Positions 17,846 through 26,797 of a stretch of 64,000 nt of DNA are shown here, piece after piece. Where the stretch lies: contig CAVQGA010000016.1 in the NCBI GenBank assembly GCA_963711915.1, positions 2,143 to 66,142 of the forward strand. The letters are read 5' to 3'. The first letter of the stretch is position 1, and each line of letters starts with the position of its first letter. The stretch comes from an uncultured Gemmatimonadales bacterium. Lineage in GTDB: Bacteria; Gemmatimonadota; Gemmatimonadetes; Gemmatimonadales; GWC2-71-9. A program made the position numbers and the translations under genes. Below the pieces are notes generated by a model, which saw only the letters and a list, made by a program, of their open reading frames with translations, was not told the DNA's origin and ran no database searches.

Positions 17846-17869
17846 CCCGACCCCGCGGTCGGGTTTTTT
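17846..17869 (+). terminator. intrinsic terminator or attenuator hairpin between the Rrf2 gene and cysM
   Basis: CCCGACC-ccgc-GGTCGGG followed by TTTTTT. It lies 24 nt after the Rrf2 stop and 17 nt before the cysM ATG. Confidence 0.6.
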
Positions 17870-17885
17870 CGTTTCGGAGGAGTGC

Positions 17886-18812
17886 ATGACGGCAGTGAGG
17901 GAACGTTCGCTCGTGAAGGAGCCGGCGCTGTGGCAGGCGGTGGGGAACACTCCCCTCCTGCCGGTGGCGATGCCCGAGGGCGCCGGCCGGTTCTGGCTCA
18001 AGGCGGAGTGGCTCAATCCCGGCGGCAGCGTGAAGGACCGGGCGGCACGCTCCATTCTGCGCGACGCGATCCGGCGCGGGCTCGTCCCGGGTCGCCGGCT
18101 GCTCGACGCCTCGAGCGGCAACACCGGCATCGCCTACGCGATGCTCGGCGCCGCCGCCGGCATCGACGTCACCATCTGCCTGCCGGGGAACGCGAGCCCC
18201 GAGCGCCGCGCCTTGCTCGAGGTCTACGGTGCCGAGGTGGTGACCACGGACCGGATGGAAGGCACGGAAGGCGCCGCACGCCGGGCCCGCGAGCTGGCCG
18301 ACGCGGATCCCGGCCGGTACTACTACGCCGACCAGTACGGCAACCCCGCCAATCCCCAGGCGCACCGGGAGACCACCGGTCCCGAGCTCTGGTCCCAGAC
18401 CGGCGGCCGGATCACCCACTTCGTCGCCGCGATGGGCACGACGGGAACCATGATGGGCACCGGCGGTTACTTGAAGGAGCGGAACCCGGCGATCACCCTG
18501 GTGGGCGTGCAGCCCGATTCGCCGTTCCACGGGCTCGAGGGGCTCAAGCACCTCCGAACGACGACGCAGCCGCCGGCACTGTACGATCCCCGCGTGTGCG
18601 ACGTCGTGGCCGAAATACCCACCGAGACCGCCGACCGAAGCGCGCGGTGGCTGGCCCGGAGCGCGGGGTATCTGGTCGGCTGGTCGGCGGGCGCGGCCGT
18701 CGCCGCGGCCATCGACATCGTCCGGAGCGACCCGACCGCCCACGTGGTCGCCATCGGCTGCGATACCGGGGCCCGCTATCTGAGCGAGCCGCATCGCTGG
18801 GAGGACCTGTGA
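17886..18812 (+). CDS. cysM: PLP-dependent cysteine synthase, CysM-like (thiocarboxylate-dependent type inferred from context)
   Basis: GGAGGAG RBS 6 nt upstream. Contains the PLP-lysine motif NPGGSVKDRAA and SSGNTGIAYA. Confidence 0.85.
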   Translation: MTAVRERSLVKEPALWQAVGNTPLLPVAMPEGAGRFWLKAEWLNPGGSVKDRAARSILRDAIRRGLVPGRRLLDASSGNTGIAYAMLGAAAGIDVTICLPGNASPERRALLEVYGAEVVTTDRMEGTEGAARRARELADADPGRYYYADQYGNPANPQAHRETTGPELWSQTGGRITHFVAAMGTTGTMMGTGGYLKERNPAITLVGVQPDSPFHGLEGLKHLRTTTQPPALYDPRVCDVVAEIPTETADRSARWLARSAGYLVGWSAGAAVAAAIDIVRSDPTAHVVAIGCDTGARYLSEPHRWEDL

Positions 18813-19237
18813 CGCTGCGGCTGCCGGGCGCGCTGGCCGACGAGATCCGCCGCCACGGCGAGGCGGCCTACCCGGCGGAATGCTGCGGCGCGCTGATCGG
18901 ACGGGCGGACGGCGACGCCAAGGAGGTCATCCGGCTCGCGCCGGCGGTCAACCGGCGCACCGACGATCCGCACCGCTACCTGATTGCTCCCGACGATCTC
19001 CGGCGGCTGGAGGGGGAGGTGCGCGTGGCGGGCCAGGAGATCGTCGGGTACTATCACTCGCACCCGGACCATCCGGCGCGGCCCTCGGCGTTCGACGCCG
19101 ACCACGCCTGGCCGTGGTACAGCTATCTGATCGTACGTATCGATCGCGGGCGGGGCGAGGACCTCGCCAGTTGGGTGCTGGACGACGAGCGCCCGCTCAT
19201 GCATCCCGAATCCCTCGACGTGCTCAGCGAGGTGTGA
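18809..19237 (+). CDS. JAMM/MPN+ metalloprotease (Mec+/QbsD-like)
   Basis: JAMM motif ..ECCG.. plus HSHPDHPARPSAFD (HxHx7Sx2D). GTGA overlap with cysM. Confidence 0.85.
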   Translation: MTLRLPGALADEIRRHGEAAYPAECCGALIGRADGDAKEVIRLAPAVNRRTDDPHRYLIAPDDLRRLEGEVRVAGQEIVGYYHSHPDHPARPSAFDADHAWPWYSYLIVRIDRGRGEDLASWVLDDERPLMHPESLDVLSEV

Positions 19238-19239
19238 CG

Positions 19240-20673
19240 ATGTCCGTGACTGTTTCCATTCCGACCCCGCTCCGGAGCTTCACCGGCGGGCGCGACGCGG
19301 TCGACGTCGCCGGCGGGACCGTCGGCGAGATTCTCGACGGCCTGCTCGCGACCCATGCGGGTCTCAAGCGGCACCTGGTGCAGGACGACGGGCGCCTCAG
19401 GACCTTCGTGAACCTGTATCTCAACGACACGGACATCCGGCAGCTCGAGTCCGTGGCCACCCGCGTGCGCGAGGGCGACGTCCTCACCATCGTCCCGAGC
19501 ATCGCCGGTGGACGCCCGGCGACGGAGACGGCGCTGCCGAAGCTGTCGCACGCGGAAGTGCTGCGCTATTCCCGCCATCTGCTGCTCCCCGAGGTCGGCG
19601 TCGAGGGCCAGCGGAAGCTCAAGGCCGCGCGCGTGCTCACGATCGGGGCCGGCGGCCTGGGCTCGCCGCTCTCGCTGTATCTGGCCGCCGCGGGCGTCGG
19701 CACCATCGGGATCGTGGACTTCGATGTCGTGGACCTCACCAACCTCCAGCGCCAGATCGTGCACGGCACCTCCACCCTCGGCCACTCCAAGCTCGAGTCG
19801 GCCAAGGCGCGACTCACCGATCTCAATCCCAACGTGGACGTGATCGGCCACGACGGCCGGCTCACGTCCGAGAACGCGCTCGAGATCATCCAGGACTACG
19901 ACATCGTGGTCGACGGGACCGACAACTTCCCGACCCGCTATCTCGTGAACGACGCGTGTGTCCTCCTGGGCAAGCCCAACGTCTACGGCAGCATCTTCCG
20001 GTTCGAGGGCCAGGCCTCGCTGTTCTACGCCAGGGAAGGCCCGTGCTACCGCTGCCTCTACTCCGAGCCGCCGCCGCCGGGCCTGGTGCCGAGCTGCGCC
20101 GAAGGTGGCGTGCTCGGGGTGCTGCCGGGCATCATCGGCAGCCTCCAGGCGCTCGAGACGATCAAGTGGATCATCGGCGCGGGCGACTCGCTGGTCGGCC
20201 GGCTCGTGCTGTTCGACGCGCTCAAGCTGCGGTTCCGGGAGCTCAAGCTGCGGAAGGACCCGAACTGCCCGATCTGCGGCGAGCATCCGACGATCCACGA
20301 GCTGATCGATTACCAGGCGTTCTGCGGCATCGGTGCCGAGCCGGACTACAGCGGGCTCGAGCTGAGCGCGGAGGAGTTCCGGCAGGAGCGCGCGGCCAAG
20401 GGCGACGGCCTGGTCCTGGTGGACGTCCGCGAGCCGCACGAGTGGGAGATCGCCCACATCGAGGGCGCCCGGCTCATCCCGCTGAGCCAGCTCCCCGACC
20501 GCCTGCACGAGCTGGATGGGCACGCGGAGATCGTCACCCAGTGCCATCACGGGGCGCGCTCGATGAAGGCGCTCGAGATTCTCCGCGGCGCCGGTTTCGG
20601 CAAGGTGCGGAGCCTCGCCGGCGGGATCGATGCCTGGGCGGAGCGGGTGGAGCCGGGGATGGCACGGTACTGA
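19240..20673 (+). CDS. single-ORF fusion of a MoaD/ThiS/CysO-type ubiquitin-like sulfur carrier (aa 1-91, ending ..PSIAGG), a MoeB/ThiF/MoeZ E1-like adenylyltransferase and a C-terminal rhodanese
   Basis: The Ubl part (GDVLTIVPSIAGG) runs without a stop into RYSRHLLLPEVG, GAGGLGSPLSLYLAAAGVG, CYRC and CPIC Zn motifs, and the rhodanese active site CHHGARS. Confidence 0.8.
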   Translation: MSVTVSIPTPLRSFTGGRDAVDVAGGTVGEILDGLLATHAGLKRHLVQDDGRLRTFVNLYLNDTDIRQLESVATRVREGDVLTIVPSIAGGRPATETALPKLSHAEVLRYSRHLLLPEVGVEGQRKLKAARVLTIGAGGLGSPLSLYLAAAGVGTIGIVDFDVVDLTNLQRQIVHGTSTLGHSKLESAKARLTDLNPNVDVIGHDGRLTSENALEIIQDYDIVVDGTDNFPTRYLVNDACVLLGKPNVYGSIFRFEGQASLFYAREGPCYRCLYSEPPPPGLVPSCAEGGVLGVLPGIIGSLQALETIKWIIGAGDSLVGRLVLFDALKLRFRELKLRKDPNCPICGEHPTIHELIDYQAFCGIGAEPDYSGLELSAEEFRQERAAKGDGLVLVDVREPHEWEIAHIEGARLIPLSQLPDRLHELDGHAEIVTQCHHGARSMKALEILRGAGFGKVRSLAGGIDAWAERVEPGMARY

Positions 20674-20710
20674 CCGACGAGCGGGTAGCCGGACGGTTGG
20701 AACGAAGCGA

Positions 20711-20808
20711 GTCATCCTGAGCGAAGCGAAGGATCGGGTCGGGCATGAGAGTGAGCTTCGAGCCTCACTCGCGGCACCGATCCGATCCTTCGCTTCGCTC
20801 AGGATGAC
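20711..20808. repeat. REP-like palindromic element, copy 3 (variant arms, 48-nt spacer)
   Basis: Left arm gtcatcctgagcgaagcgaaggatc (20711-20735); the right arm (20784-20808) is its exact reverse complement. Three positions differ from copy 1, and each is compensated in the other arm. Confidence 0.9.
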
Positions 20809-20845
20809 TCGTGTCCGCTACCTTCCGTCCGACCGCCCGATTCCA

Positions 20846-20929
20846 TGCCGAAGGCGGGACTCGAACCCGCACGGGCTTGCGCCCACTGCGCCCTGAACGC
20901 AGCGCGTCTACCAGTTCCACCACTTCGGC
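20846..20929 (-). tRNA. tRNA-Leu (anticodon CAG), class II with long variable arm; CCA not encoded
   Basis: Hand-folded from GCCGAAGTGGTGGAACTGGTAGACGCGCTGCGTTCAGGGCGCAGTGGGCGCAAGCCCGTGCGGGTTCGAGTCCCGCCTTCGGCA. Acceptor GCCGAAG/CTTCGGC, anticodon loop UUCAGGG, T-arm GCGGG-TTCGAGT-CCCGC. Confidence 0.9.
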
Positions 20930-21023
20930 GAAGCGCGCAAAGCTAGCGCTGTGCCAAGGCAGGGTCAACCCGCGCCGTTGACCCTCTCGAAGTGGTGGCC
21001 TATCCTTTGCTTAGGATGGTGAC

Positions 21024-21509
21024 GTGACCCGCGATTCTTCCCCGCCAGCCGAGCGCAAACTGAGCGTCGCCCGCAACCCCAAGGCGACCCACGACTACCA
21101 CATTCTGGAGTCGTGGGAGTGCGGTATCGTGCTGACCGGCACCGAGGTCAAGTCGCTGAGGAGCGGCAAGGCATCCATCAAGGAGGCCTACGCCCGCCTC
21201 CGGAACGGCGAGGTCTTCCTGGACGGGATGAACATCACGCCGTACGAGCAGGGCAACCGCTACAACCACGATCCCGTCCGCACCCGGAAACTGCTGCTGC
21301 ACCGGCGCGAGATCGAGAAGCTGATCGGTGCGGTGGAACAGAAGGGCCTGACGCTGATCCCGCTCGAGCTGTACTTCAAGAATGGCCGGGCCAAGGTCGT
21401 CGTGGCCCTCGGCCGGGGCAAGAAGCAGCACGACAAGCGCGAGGATCTCAAACGTCGCGCGGTCGAGCGCGAGACCGCCCGTGCCGTCTCGATCCGGGGC
21501 CGCCAGTGA
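21024..21509 (+). CDS. smpB: SsrA-binding protein
   Basis: NPKATHDYHILESWECGIVLTGTEVKSLR...RTRKLLLHRREI matches the SmpB family. Confidence 0.9.
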   Translation: MTRDSSPPAERKLSVARNPKATHDYHILESWECGIVLTGTEVKSLRSGKASIKEAYARLRNGEVFLDGMNITPYEQGNRYNHDPVRTRKLLLHRREIEKLIGAVEQKGLTLIPLELYFKNGRAKVVVALGRGKKQHDKREDLKRRAVERETARAVSIRGRQ

Positions 21510-22712
21510 TCGTGGCCCTGGGGCTCGCCGCTGCGCTGCTCGGCGCCCGGCCGCCGGTGCTCCCGCGCGCGGTCACCATCGTCGGCGTTCGGGGGGAAAC
21601 CCGGATCCCGGTCCGGCTCGACGGCGCCGGCTCGCCGGTCGTCGCGGCGGCGCCGCTCGCCGCCGCGCTCGGCGGCCAGGTGCGGCTCGACTCGGGCTGG
21701 GCCGACGTGGTAATCGGCGAGCAGCCGTTCCGCTTTCTCGTCGGCGCGCCCTTGTTCCGGTTCAGCAGCCAGCTCCTGCCGCTGGCGGGCCCGGCCTCGC
21801 TCGCGCGCGACAGCCTGTTCCTGCCCTATCAGTTCGTCGCCGAAATTCTTCCATATTATCTGGCCGAGCGCTATCGCTGGGACGCGCCGGACCGCGCGGC
21901 TGCAGGAGCTGCGCCGGACGACGACGCTCGCCGCCCGGACTCCGGCCGACGTCGGCCGCCTGCCGAACGGGCTGCGGCCCGGGCACGTCGTGACGGTGGA
22001 TGCCGGCCACGGCGGCGTGGATCCGGGGAATCCGGGGACCTTCTTCCCTCGCGGCGTCCGGGAGAAGGACGTGACCCTCCAGGTCAGCACGCTGCTCCGT
22101 GACGAGCTCAAACGGCGCGGCATCGGCGTCCGGATGACACGCACGACCGACACGCTCATCGCGCTCGGGGATCGCGGCGGGTACTGTACCGAGGCGTGCG
22201 ACTTGTTCGTCAGCCTGCATGTGAACTCGCTCGCTCGCCGACGGGGCTACACCGACATTCGCGGGTTCGAGACCTTCTTCCTGGCCGAGGCCAAGACCGA
22301 GGACGCGGCCCGGGTGGCCAAGATGGAGAACGACGCGGTGCGGTTCGAGACCGGTGAGGACCCCGCCGCCACCGTCGGAGGCCTCGATTTCATCCTGAAG
22401 GACCTGCAATTGAACGAACACCTGCGCGAGTCGGCCCGACTGGCCGAGCTGGTGCAGCGGGGCCTCGAAGGGATTCACACGGGGGAAAGCCGCGGCGTCA
22501 AGCAGGCCGGCTTCATGGTCCTGACGACGGCCCGCCGGCCGGCCATCCTGGTGGAGATGGGGTACAGCACCAACCCCGAGGACGGGCGCTTCCTCACCAG
22601 TCGAAACAGCCAGAAGGCCATGGCCGCCTCGATCGCCGATGCGGTCGTGGAATACCTCATCGAGTACGAGCGCAAGACCGGCACCGCCGCCGACTCGGGG
22701 GCCGGTCGGTGA
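21506..22712 (+). pseudogene. N-acetylmuramoyl-L-alanine amidase (Amidase_3) with an N-terminal AMIN-like/targeting region. One apparent frameshift near 21890-21900.
   Basis: The N-terminal part (GTG 21506, ..LPYQFVAEILPYYLAERYRWDAP) is in one frame. ARLQELRRTTTLAARTPADVGRLPNGLRPGHVVTVDAGHGGVDPG.. and the catalytic domain are in the +1 frame. Confidence 0.75.
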
Positions 22713-24184
22713 GGCGCCGCGCGGGTACCGCCCTGGTGCTGCTGGCCGCCGCCTTCCTCGGCGGCTGCGTCTACTACAACGGCATGTACAACACGAACCG
22801 GCTGGCCAAGTCGGCGCGCAAGGCCGAGCGGGACGGACGGGTCTTTGAGGCGAGCAATCTGTGGGGGCAGGTCATCACCCGTGCCGAATCGCTCGTGGTG
22901 CGGCATCCGCGGAGCAAGTACGCCGACCAGGCCAACGTGCTGCGCGGTCTGGCGCTCGCCCGGCTCGACCAGTGCCCGGCCGCGGTGGGTCCGCTCGGAC
23001 GGCTCGATCTCATCGACCAGACCGGTGACCTGGTCGAGGAGGCGGCGCTGGCACTGGGCCGCTGCCGGCTGGAGCTGGGCGACGCGGCCATGGCCGAGCT
23101 CGCCTTCGCGCGGGTGCTCAACAGCCAGGACCCCGTGCGCCGGCGCGAGGCCCGATTCCGCCATGCCCGGGCCCTCCGGCTCACCGGCCGCTACGAGGAG
23201 GCGCTCGCGCTCCTGCGCGAGACGCCCGATCCGCGGGCCGGCAACGACCTGCTCCTCTCGCTCGCCGGAACCGGCCGCACGGAGGAGGCGCTCACCGTGG
23301 CCGACTCACTGCTCGCGATCCACGATTCGACCTTCCTCTGGGACAGCGTGGTCGTCGCGCTTGGCCGGCAGGATCCGCACGCGGCGTCCAAACTGGTCGA
23401 CCGGCTCCAGAACGATCCCAGCGGTACCCCCGAGGTCCGCGCGCGCAGGCTGTACGAAGACGGGATCCGGCTCGCGGAGGGGAAGGACACAGCTCGGGCC
23501 GTCCAGCGGCTGACGGAGGCCGCGGGCGTCGCGGGGCATCCCGAGAGCGGCGCCCGCGCGCGATTCTGGCTCGTGCACCTCGCCGGGAGCCGCGCGCGAA
23601 CGCTCGACGAGCTCGCGCCGCTCGACGACTCACTGGCACCGCTGGCCGCGGGGCAGGGCGCGACGGCGTCCGAGGCCGCCGGCTTCAGGCGTACCGTGGA
23701 TCGCCTGCGCCGGCTCTCCGACTCGGTCGCGCCCGGCGTGCCGCTCGGAGACCTCCGGCTGTTCCTCGGCGCCGAGGCCGCCCGGGATTCGCTGCTCGCG
23801 CCCGTGCTCGCGGCCACCCTGTTCCGCCGCCTGTCCGACGACTGGCCCGCCTCGCCCTACGCGCCCAAGGCGCTGCTCGCCGCAGGGCAGCTCGACCCCG
23901 AGGACGCCGACGCCTTCCGCAGCCGGCTCGACAGCCTGTACGCCAACAGCCCGTACCTCGCAGTCGTGCGCGGCGAGGATGCGCCGGGCTACCGCGAGTT
24001 GGAGGACTCGCTCAGCGCCTTCGCGGCGGCGCAGCCTTACGGCCGCGGGACGCTGCGGCCTGGCATGGTTCGCCGGCCCGTGGAAGGGCCGGTCGTGAAC
24101 GAGCCAGGACCCGGCCAGCGGCCACGCCGGATCCGGCCCTCCGAGCAGGACGCGCCGAACCGCCGGCGCCAGCCCGAGCCGTGA
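22709..24184 (+). CDS. TPR-like repeat lipoprotein (491 aa)
   Basis: Lipobox AAFLGGC. The sequence is helical-repeat-rich. GTGA overlaps on both sides. Confidence 0.65.
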   Translation: MRRRAGTALVLLAAAFLGGCVYYNGMYNTNRLAKSARKAERDGRVFEASNLWGQVITRAESLVVRHPRSKYADQANVLRGLALARLDQCPAAVGPLGRLDLIDQTGDLVEEAALALGRCRLELGDAAMAELAFARVLNSQDPVRRREARFRHARALRLTGRYEEALALLRETPDPRAGNDLLLSLAGTGRTEEALTVADSLLAIHDSTFLWDSVVVALGRQDPHAASKLVDRLQNDPSGTPEVRARRLYEDGIRLAEGKDTARAVQRLTEAAGVAGHPESGARARFWLVHLAGSRARTLDELAPLDDSLAPLAAGQGATASEAAGFRRTVDRLRRLSDSVAPGVPLGDLRLFLGAEAARDSLLAPVLAATLFRRLSDDWPASPYAPKALLAAGQLDPEDADAFRSRLDSLYANSPYLAVVRGEDAPGYRELEDSLSAFAAAQPYGRGTLRPGMVRRPVEGPVVNEPGPGQRPRRIRPSEQDAPNRRRQPEP

Positions 24185-25065
24185 GCGCCGCCGCGGGCGA
24201 TCTCTCGCGGACAATCCTCGGCCGAAGGTTTCAAAACCCGCTGCTCCTCGCCGCGGGCACCGCGGGATTCGGCCGCGAGCTCGACGGGGTCATGGAGCTG
24301 GACCGCCTTGGTGGAGTGATCACCAAGGCGGTCTCGCTGTCCCCCCGGGAGGGCAATCGGCCGCCCAGGGTGGCCGAATTCCGCGGCGGGATGCTCAATT
24401 CGGTCGGCCTCGCCAATCCCGGCCTCGCGCGCGTCCGAGCAGACTCGCTGCCATGGCTCGCCGCGAACCTCACCCGCGCCCAGGTGCTGGTGAACGTCGT
24501 CGGCTTCAGCGTCGAGGAGTACGCCGAGGTGGTCGCGGGCCTCGACGGCGCCCCGGGCATCGCGGCGTTCGAGCTCAACCTGTCCTGTCCCAATACCAGC
24601 GCCGGGGGCATCGAGTTCGGCGCGGATCCCGAGTGCGTCCGACGGATCGTGTCCGCCTGCCGGGCTCGCACGCGGCTCCCGCTCTCCGCCAAGCTCTCGC
24701 CGGTGCTGCCCGACATCGCCGGCATGGCGCTGCTGGCCCGGGACGCCGGTGCGGACGCGGTCTCGGTCGTCAACACGCTTCCCGGCCTCCTCCTTGCAGA
24801 GGGAGGCGACGCCGCCCGGCTCGGCAACGGGAATGGCGGGGTCAGCGGTCCCGTCCTGCTCCCGGTCGGTGTGCTCGCGGTAGCACGCGTGGTCGAGCGG
24901 ACGGGCGGCATGCCGGTGATCGGGGTAGGTGGGGTCCGATCGGCCGCGGACGTGCGGCAGTATCTCCGTGTGGGGGCGGCGCTGGTCGGCATCGGGACCG
25001 CGGCGCTGGCCGATCCCCGTCTGCCCGAACGGATCATTCGCGACCTGGAGCGTGGGGATGGCTGA
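24181..25065 (+). CDS. pyrD: dihydroorotate dehydrogenase, class 1 catalytic subunit
   Basis: Contains NPLLLAAGTAGFG, MLNSVGLANPG, ELNLSCPN and GGV motifs. Confidence 0.85.
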   Translation: MSAAAGDLSRTILGRRFQNPLLLAAGTAGFGRELDGVMELDRLGGVITKAVSLSPREGNRPPRVAEFRGGMLNSVGLANPGLARVRADSLPWLAANLTRAQVLVNVVGFSVEEYAEVVAGLDGAPGIAAFELNLSCPNTSAGGIEFGADPECVRRIVSACRARTRLPLSAKLSPVLPDIAGMALLARDAGADAVSVVNTLPGLLLAEGGDAARLGNGNGGVSGPVLLPVGVLAVARVVERTGGMPVIGVGGVRSAADVRQYLRVGAALVGIGTAALADPRLPERIIRDLERGDG

Positions 25066-25750
25066 AGTGATCGTGGCGCTGGACCTGCCGGATGGCTCGA
25101 ACGCGCTCCGGCTGCTCGATCGTCTGCCGGAGGCCCGGTGGGTGAAAGTCGGCTCCATCCTGATGACACGGGAGGGACCGGCCCTGGTGCGGGTGCTGGT
25201 GGAGCGGGGGCTGCGGGTCTTTCTCGACCTCAAATGGCACGACATCCCGAACACGGTCGCCGAGGCGGTGTCCGCCGCGATCGACCTGGGCGTCTCGATG
25301 GCGACCGTCCACACCCTGGGCGGTGCCGCCATGATGGAGGCCGCGGCCGCGATCGCCCGCGGACGCCTGGGCCTCGTCGGGGTCACCGTACTCACCTCCC
25401 ACGATCGCGCGTCCTACGGCCGCGCCGTCGGCCGCGCCGAGGTGGACCTGCCGGGCGAGGTCGGGCGGCTGAGTGCTGAAGCGGTCCGGTCGGGGCTGGC
25501 CGGCGTGGTGTGCTCCCCCCACGAGGTCGCCACGGTACGGCGGCAGATCGGACCGGAGGCCTGGATCGTCGTCCCCGGCATCCGTGGCCGGGCCGACGCC
25601 GGGGGTGATCAGATTCGTGTGGCCAGGGCTTCCGATGCGGCCGCCGCCGGGGCGACTCACCTTGTCGTCGGCCGCCCGATCCTCCAGGCCGCGGACCCGT
25701 CGGCGGCGTTTCGCGGCTTCCTCGAGGAGGCGCAGTGCATCGGATCCTGA
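25058..25750 (+). CDS. pyrF: orotidine-5'-phosphate decarboxylase
   Basis: Contains VALDLP, FLDLKWHDIPNTV and VVGRPI motifs. Confidence 0.85.
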   Translation: MAEVIVALDLPDGSNALRLLDRLPEARWVKVGSILMTREGPALVRVLVERGLRVFLDLKWHDIPNTVAEAVSAAIDLGVSMATVHTLGGAAMMEAAAAIARGRLGLVGVTVLTSHDRASYGRAVGRAEVDLPGEVGRLSAEAVRSGLAGVVCSPHEVATVRRQIGPEAWIVVPGIRGRADAGGDQIRVARASDAAAAGATHLVVGRPILQAADPSAAFRGFLEEAQCIGS

Positions 25751-26157
25751 TCCTGCTCTCCCTGGCCCTGTCGGTCGCCCGGGCCCAAGCGCAGGACCCG
25801 GCGGTGGCGCTCACCGCGGCCGCGGAGCAGGCGCGGGCCACATGGTTCGCGCACGATGCCCTGGGCCTCGTCGCTGGCAGTCCTCGCCTCCTGATTCAGC
25901 TGCCGGGCTCGGACCCGTCCGCGGCGCTGGGGCCGGCCCAGGCGGCGGCGTTGCTGACGGATTTTCTGGCACCTGCCCAGGAGGTGGAGACCGTGGTCCG
26001 GGCTGCCCGGGAAGTCGAGCCGGGGCGGGGGTATGTCGAGCTGCAGCGCCGCTACCGCGTGGCCGGCACCCAGGAAATCCGCTCCCAGAGCCTGCTGCTG
26101 GGTTACCGCCTGGGCCGGGCCGGCTGGAGTCTGGTCGAGCTCAGGGTGGTCGGGTAG
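25735..26157 (+). CDS. secreted hypothetical protein (140 aa)
   Basis: Signal peptide MHRILILLSLALSVARAQA. No recognised family. Confidence 0.5.
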   Translation: MHRILILLSLALSVARAQAQDPAVALTAAAEQARATWFAHDALGLVAGSPRLLIQLPGSDPSAALGPAQAAALLTDFLAPAQEVETVVRAAREVEPGRGYVELQRRYRVAGTQEIRSQSLLLGYRLGRAGWSLVELRVVG

Positions 26158-26234
26158 GGGCGCGCCAGGCTCCGGTCCCCGCGTGCCAGGAAGGTCCCGC
26201 GACCCCGCCGTCCCCAGGCGACAAACTCGCCTCC

Positions 26235-26263
26235 TTGCATGACTTCCCGCCTCCGGATATATT
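26235..26263 (+). promoter_or_regulatory. sigma70-type promoter of the rpmJ-rplQ operon (-35 TTGCAT, 17-bp spacer, -10 TATATT)
   Basis: Near-consensus hexamers with canonical spacing, 35 nt upstream of the rpmJ GTG. Confidence 0.55.
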
Positions 26264-26297
26264 GGACAGCTAGTCCCTAACCGGCCCGGAGAGCGAC

Positions 26298-26414
26298 GTG
26301 AAGGTTCGTTCGAGCGTGAAGCCGATTTGCGAGCACTGCAAGGTCGTCAAGCGACAGGGCGTGACCCGCATCATCTGCAAGCGCAATCCCAAGCACAAGC
26401 AGCGGCAAGGCTGA
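26298..26414 (+). CDS. rpmJ: 50S ribosomal protein L36
   Basis: Hand translation gives [47 protein letters not shown] upstream. The gene is below the ORF-track size cut-off. Confidence 0.85.
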   Translation: MKVRSSVKPICEHCKVVKRQGVTRIICKRNPKHKQRQG

Positions 26415-26416
26415 TC

Positions 26417-26797
26417 ATGGCGCGTATCGCAGGCGTAGACCTTCCGCGCGAGAAGCGCGTCGAGATCGCCCTCACGTACATCTACGGGATCGGCCGGCCC
26501 ACCAGCGGCCGCCTCCTCAGCGAAACGGGCGTGAGCCCCGACACCCGGGTCCGGGATCTCTCGGACAACGAGGTGGCTCGGCTGCGCCAGATCATCGAGC
26601 GCTCGGTGAAGGTGGAGGGTGCCCTCCGGACCGAGATCGCGATGAACATCAAGCGTCTGATGGACATCGGGAGCTATCGCGGCATCCGCCACCGGCGGGG
26701 CCTGCCGGTCCGCGGCCAGCGGACCCACACCAACGCCCGCACCAAGAAGGGCCCGCGTCGTGCCATCGCCGGCAAGAAGAAAGTGACGAAGAAGTAA
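26417..26797 (+). CDS. rpsM: 30S ribosomal protein S13
   Basis: [26 protein letters not shown]... Confidence 0.95.
   Translation: MARIAGVDLPREKRVEIALTYIYGIGRPTSGRLLSETGVSPDTRVRDLSDNEVARLRQIIERSVKVEGALRTEIAMNIKRLMDIGSYRGIRHRRGLPVRGQRTHTNARTKKGPRRAIAGKKKVTKK

Noticed and set aside
19508-19843. Alternate-frame ORF (111 aa) starting right after the Ubl Gly-Gly codons. It could have suggested a separate downstream gene start.
   Set aside because: Its translation is Arg/Ser/Cys-rich nonsense, whereas the frame continuous with the Ubl encodes the full E1 motifs. It does not rescue a two-gene model.
20930-21023. A search for tmRNA (ssrA) or an integrase/att site next to smpB and tRNA-Leu.
   Set aside because: No tRNA-like or tag-ORF features of tmRNA were found. 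No integrase or direct repeat of the tRNA 3' end was found. The interval is a short ordinary intergenic region.
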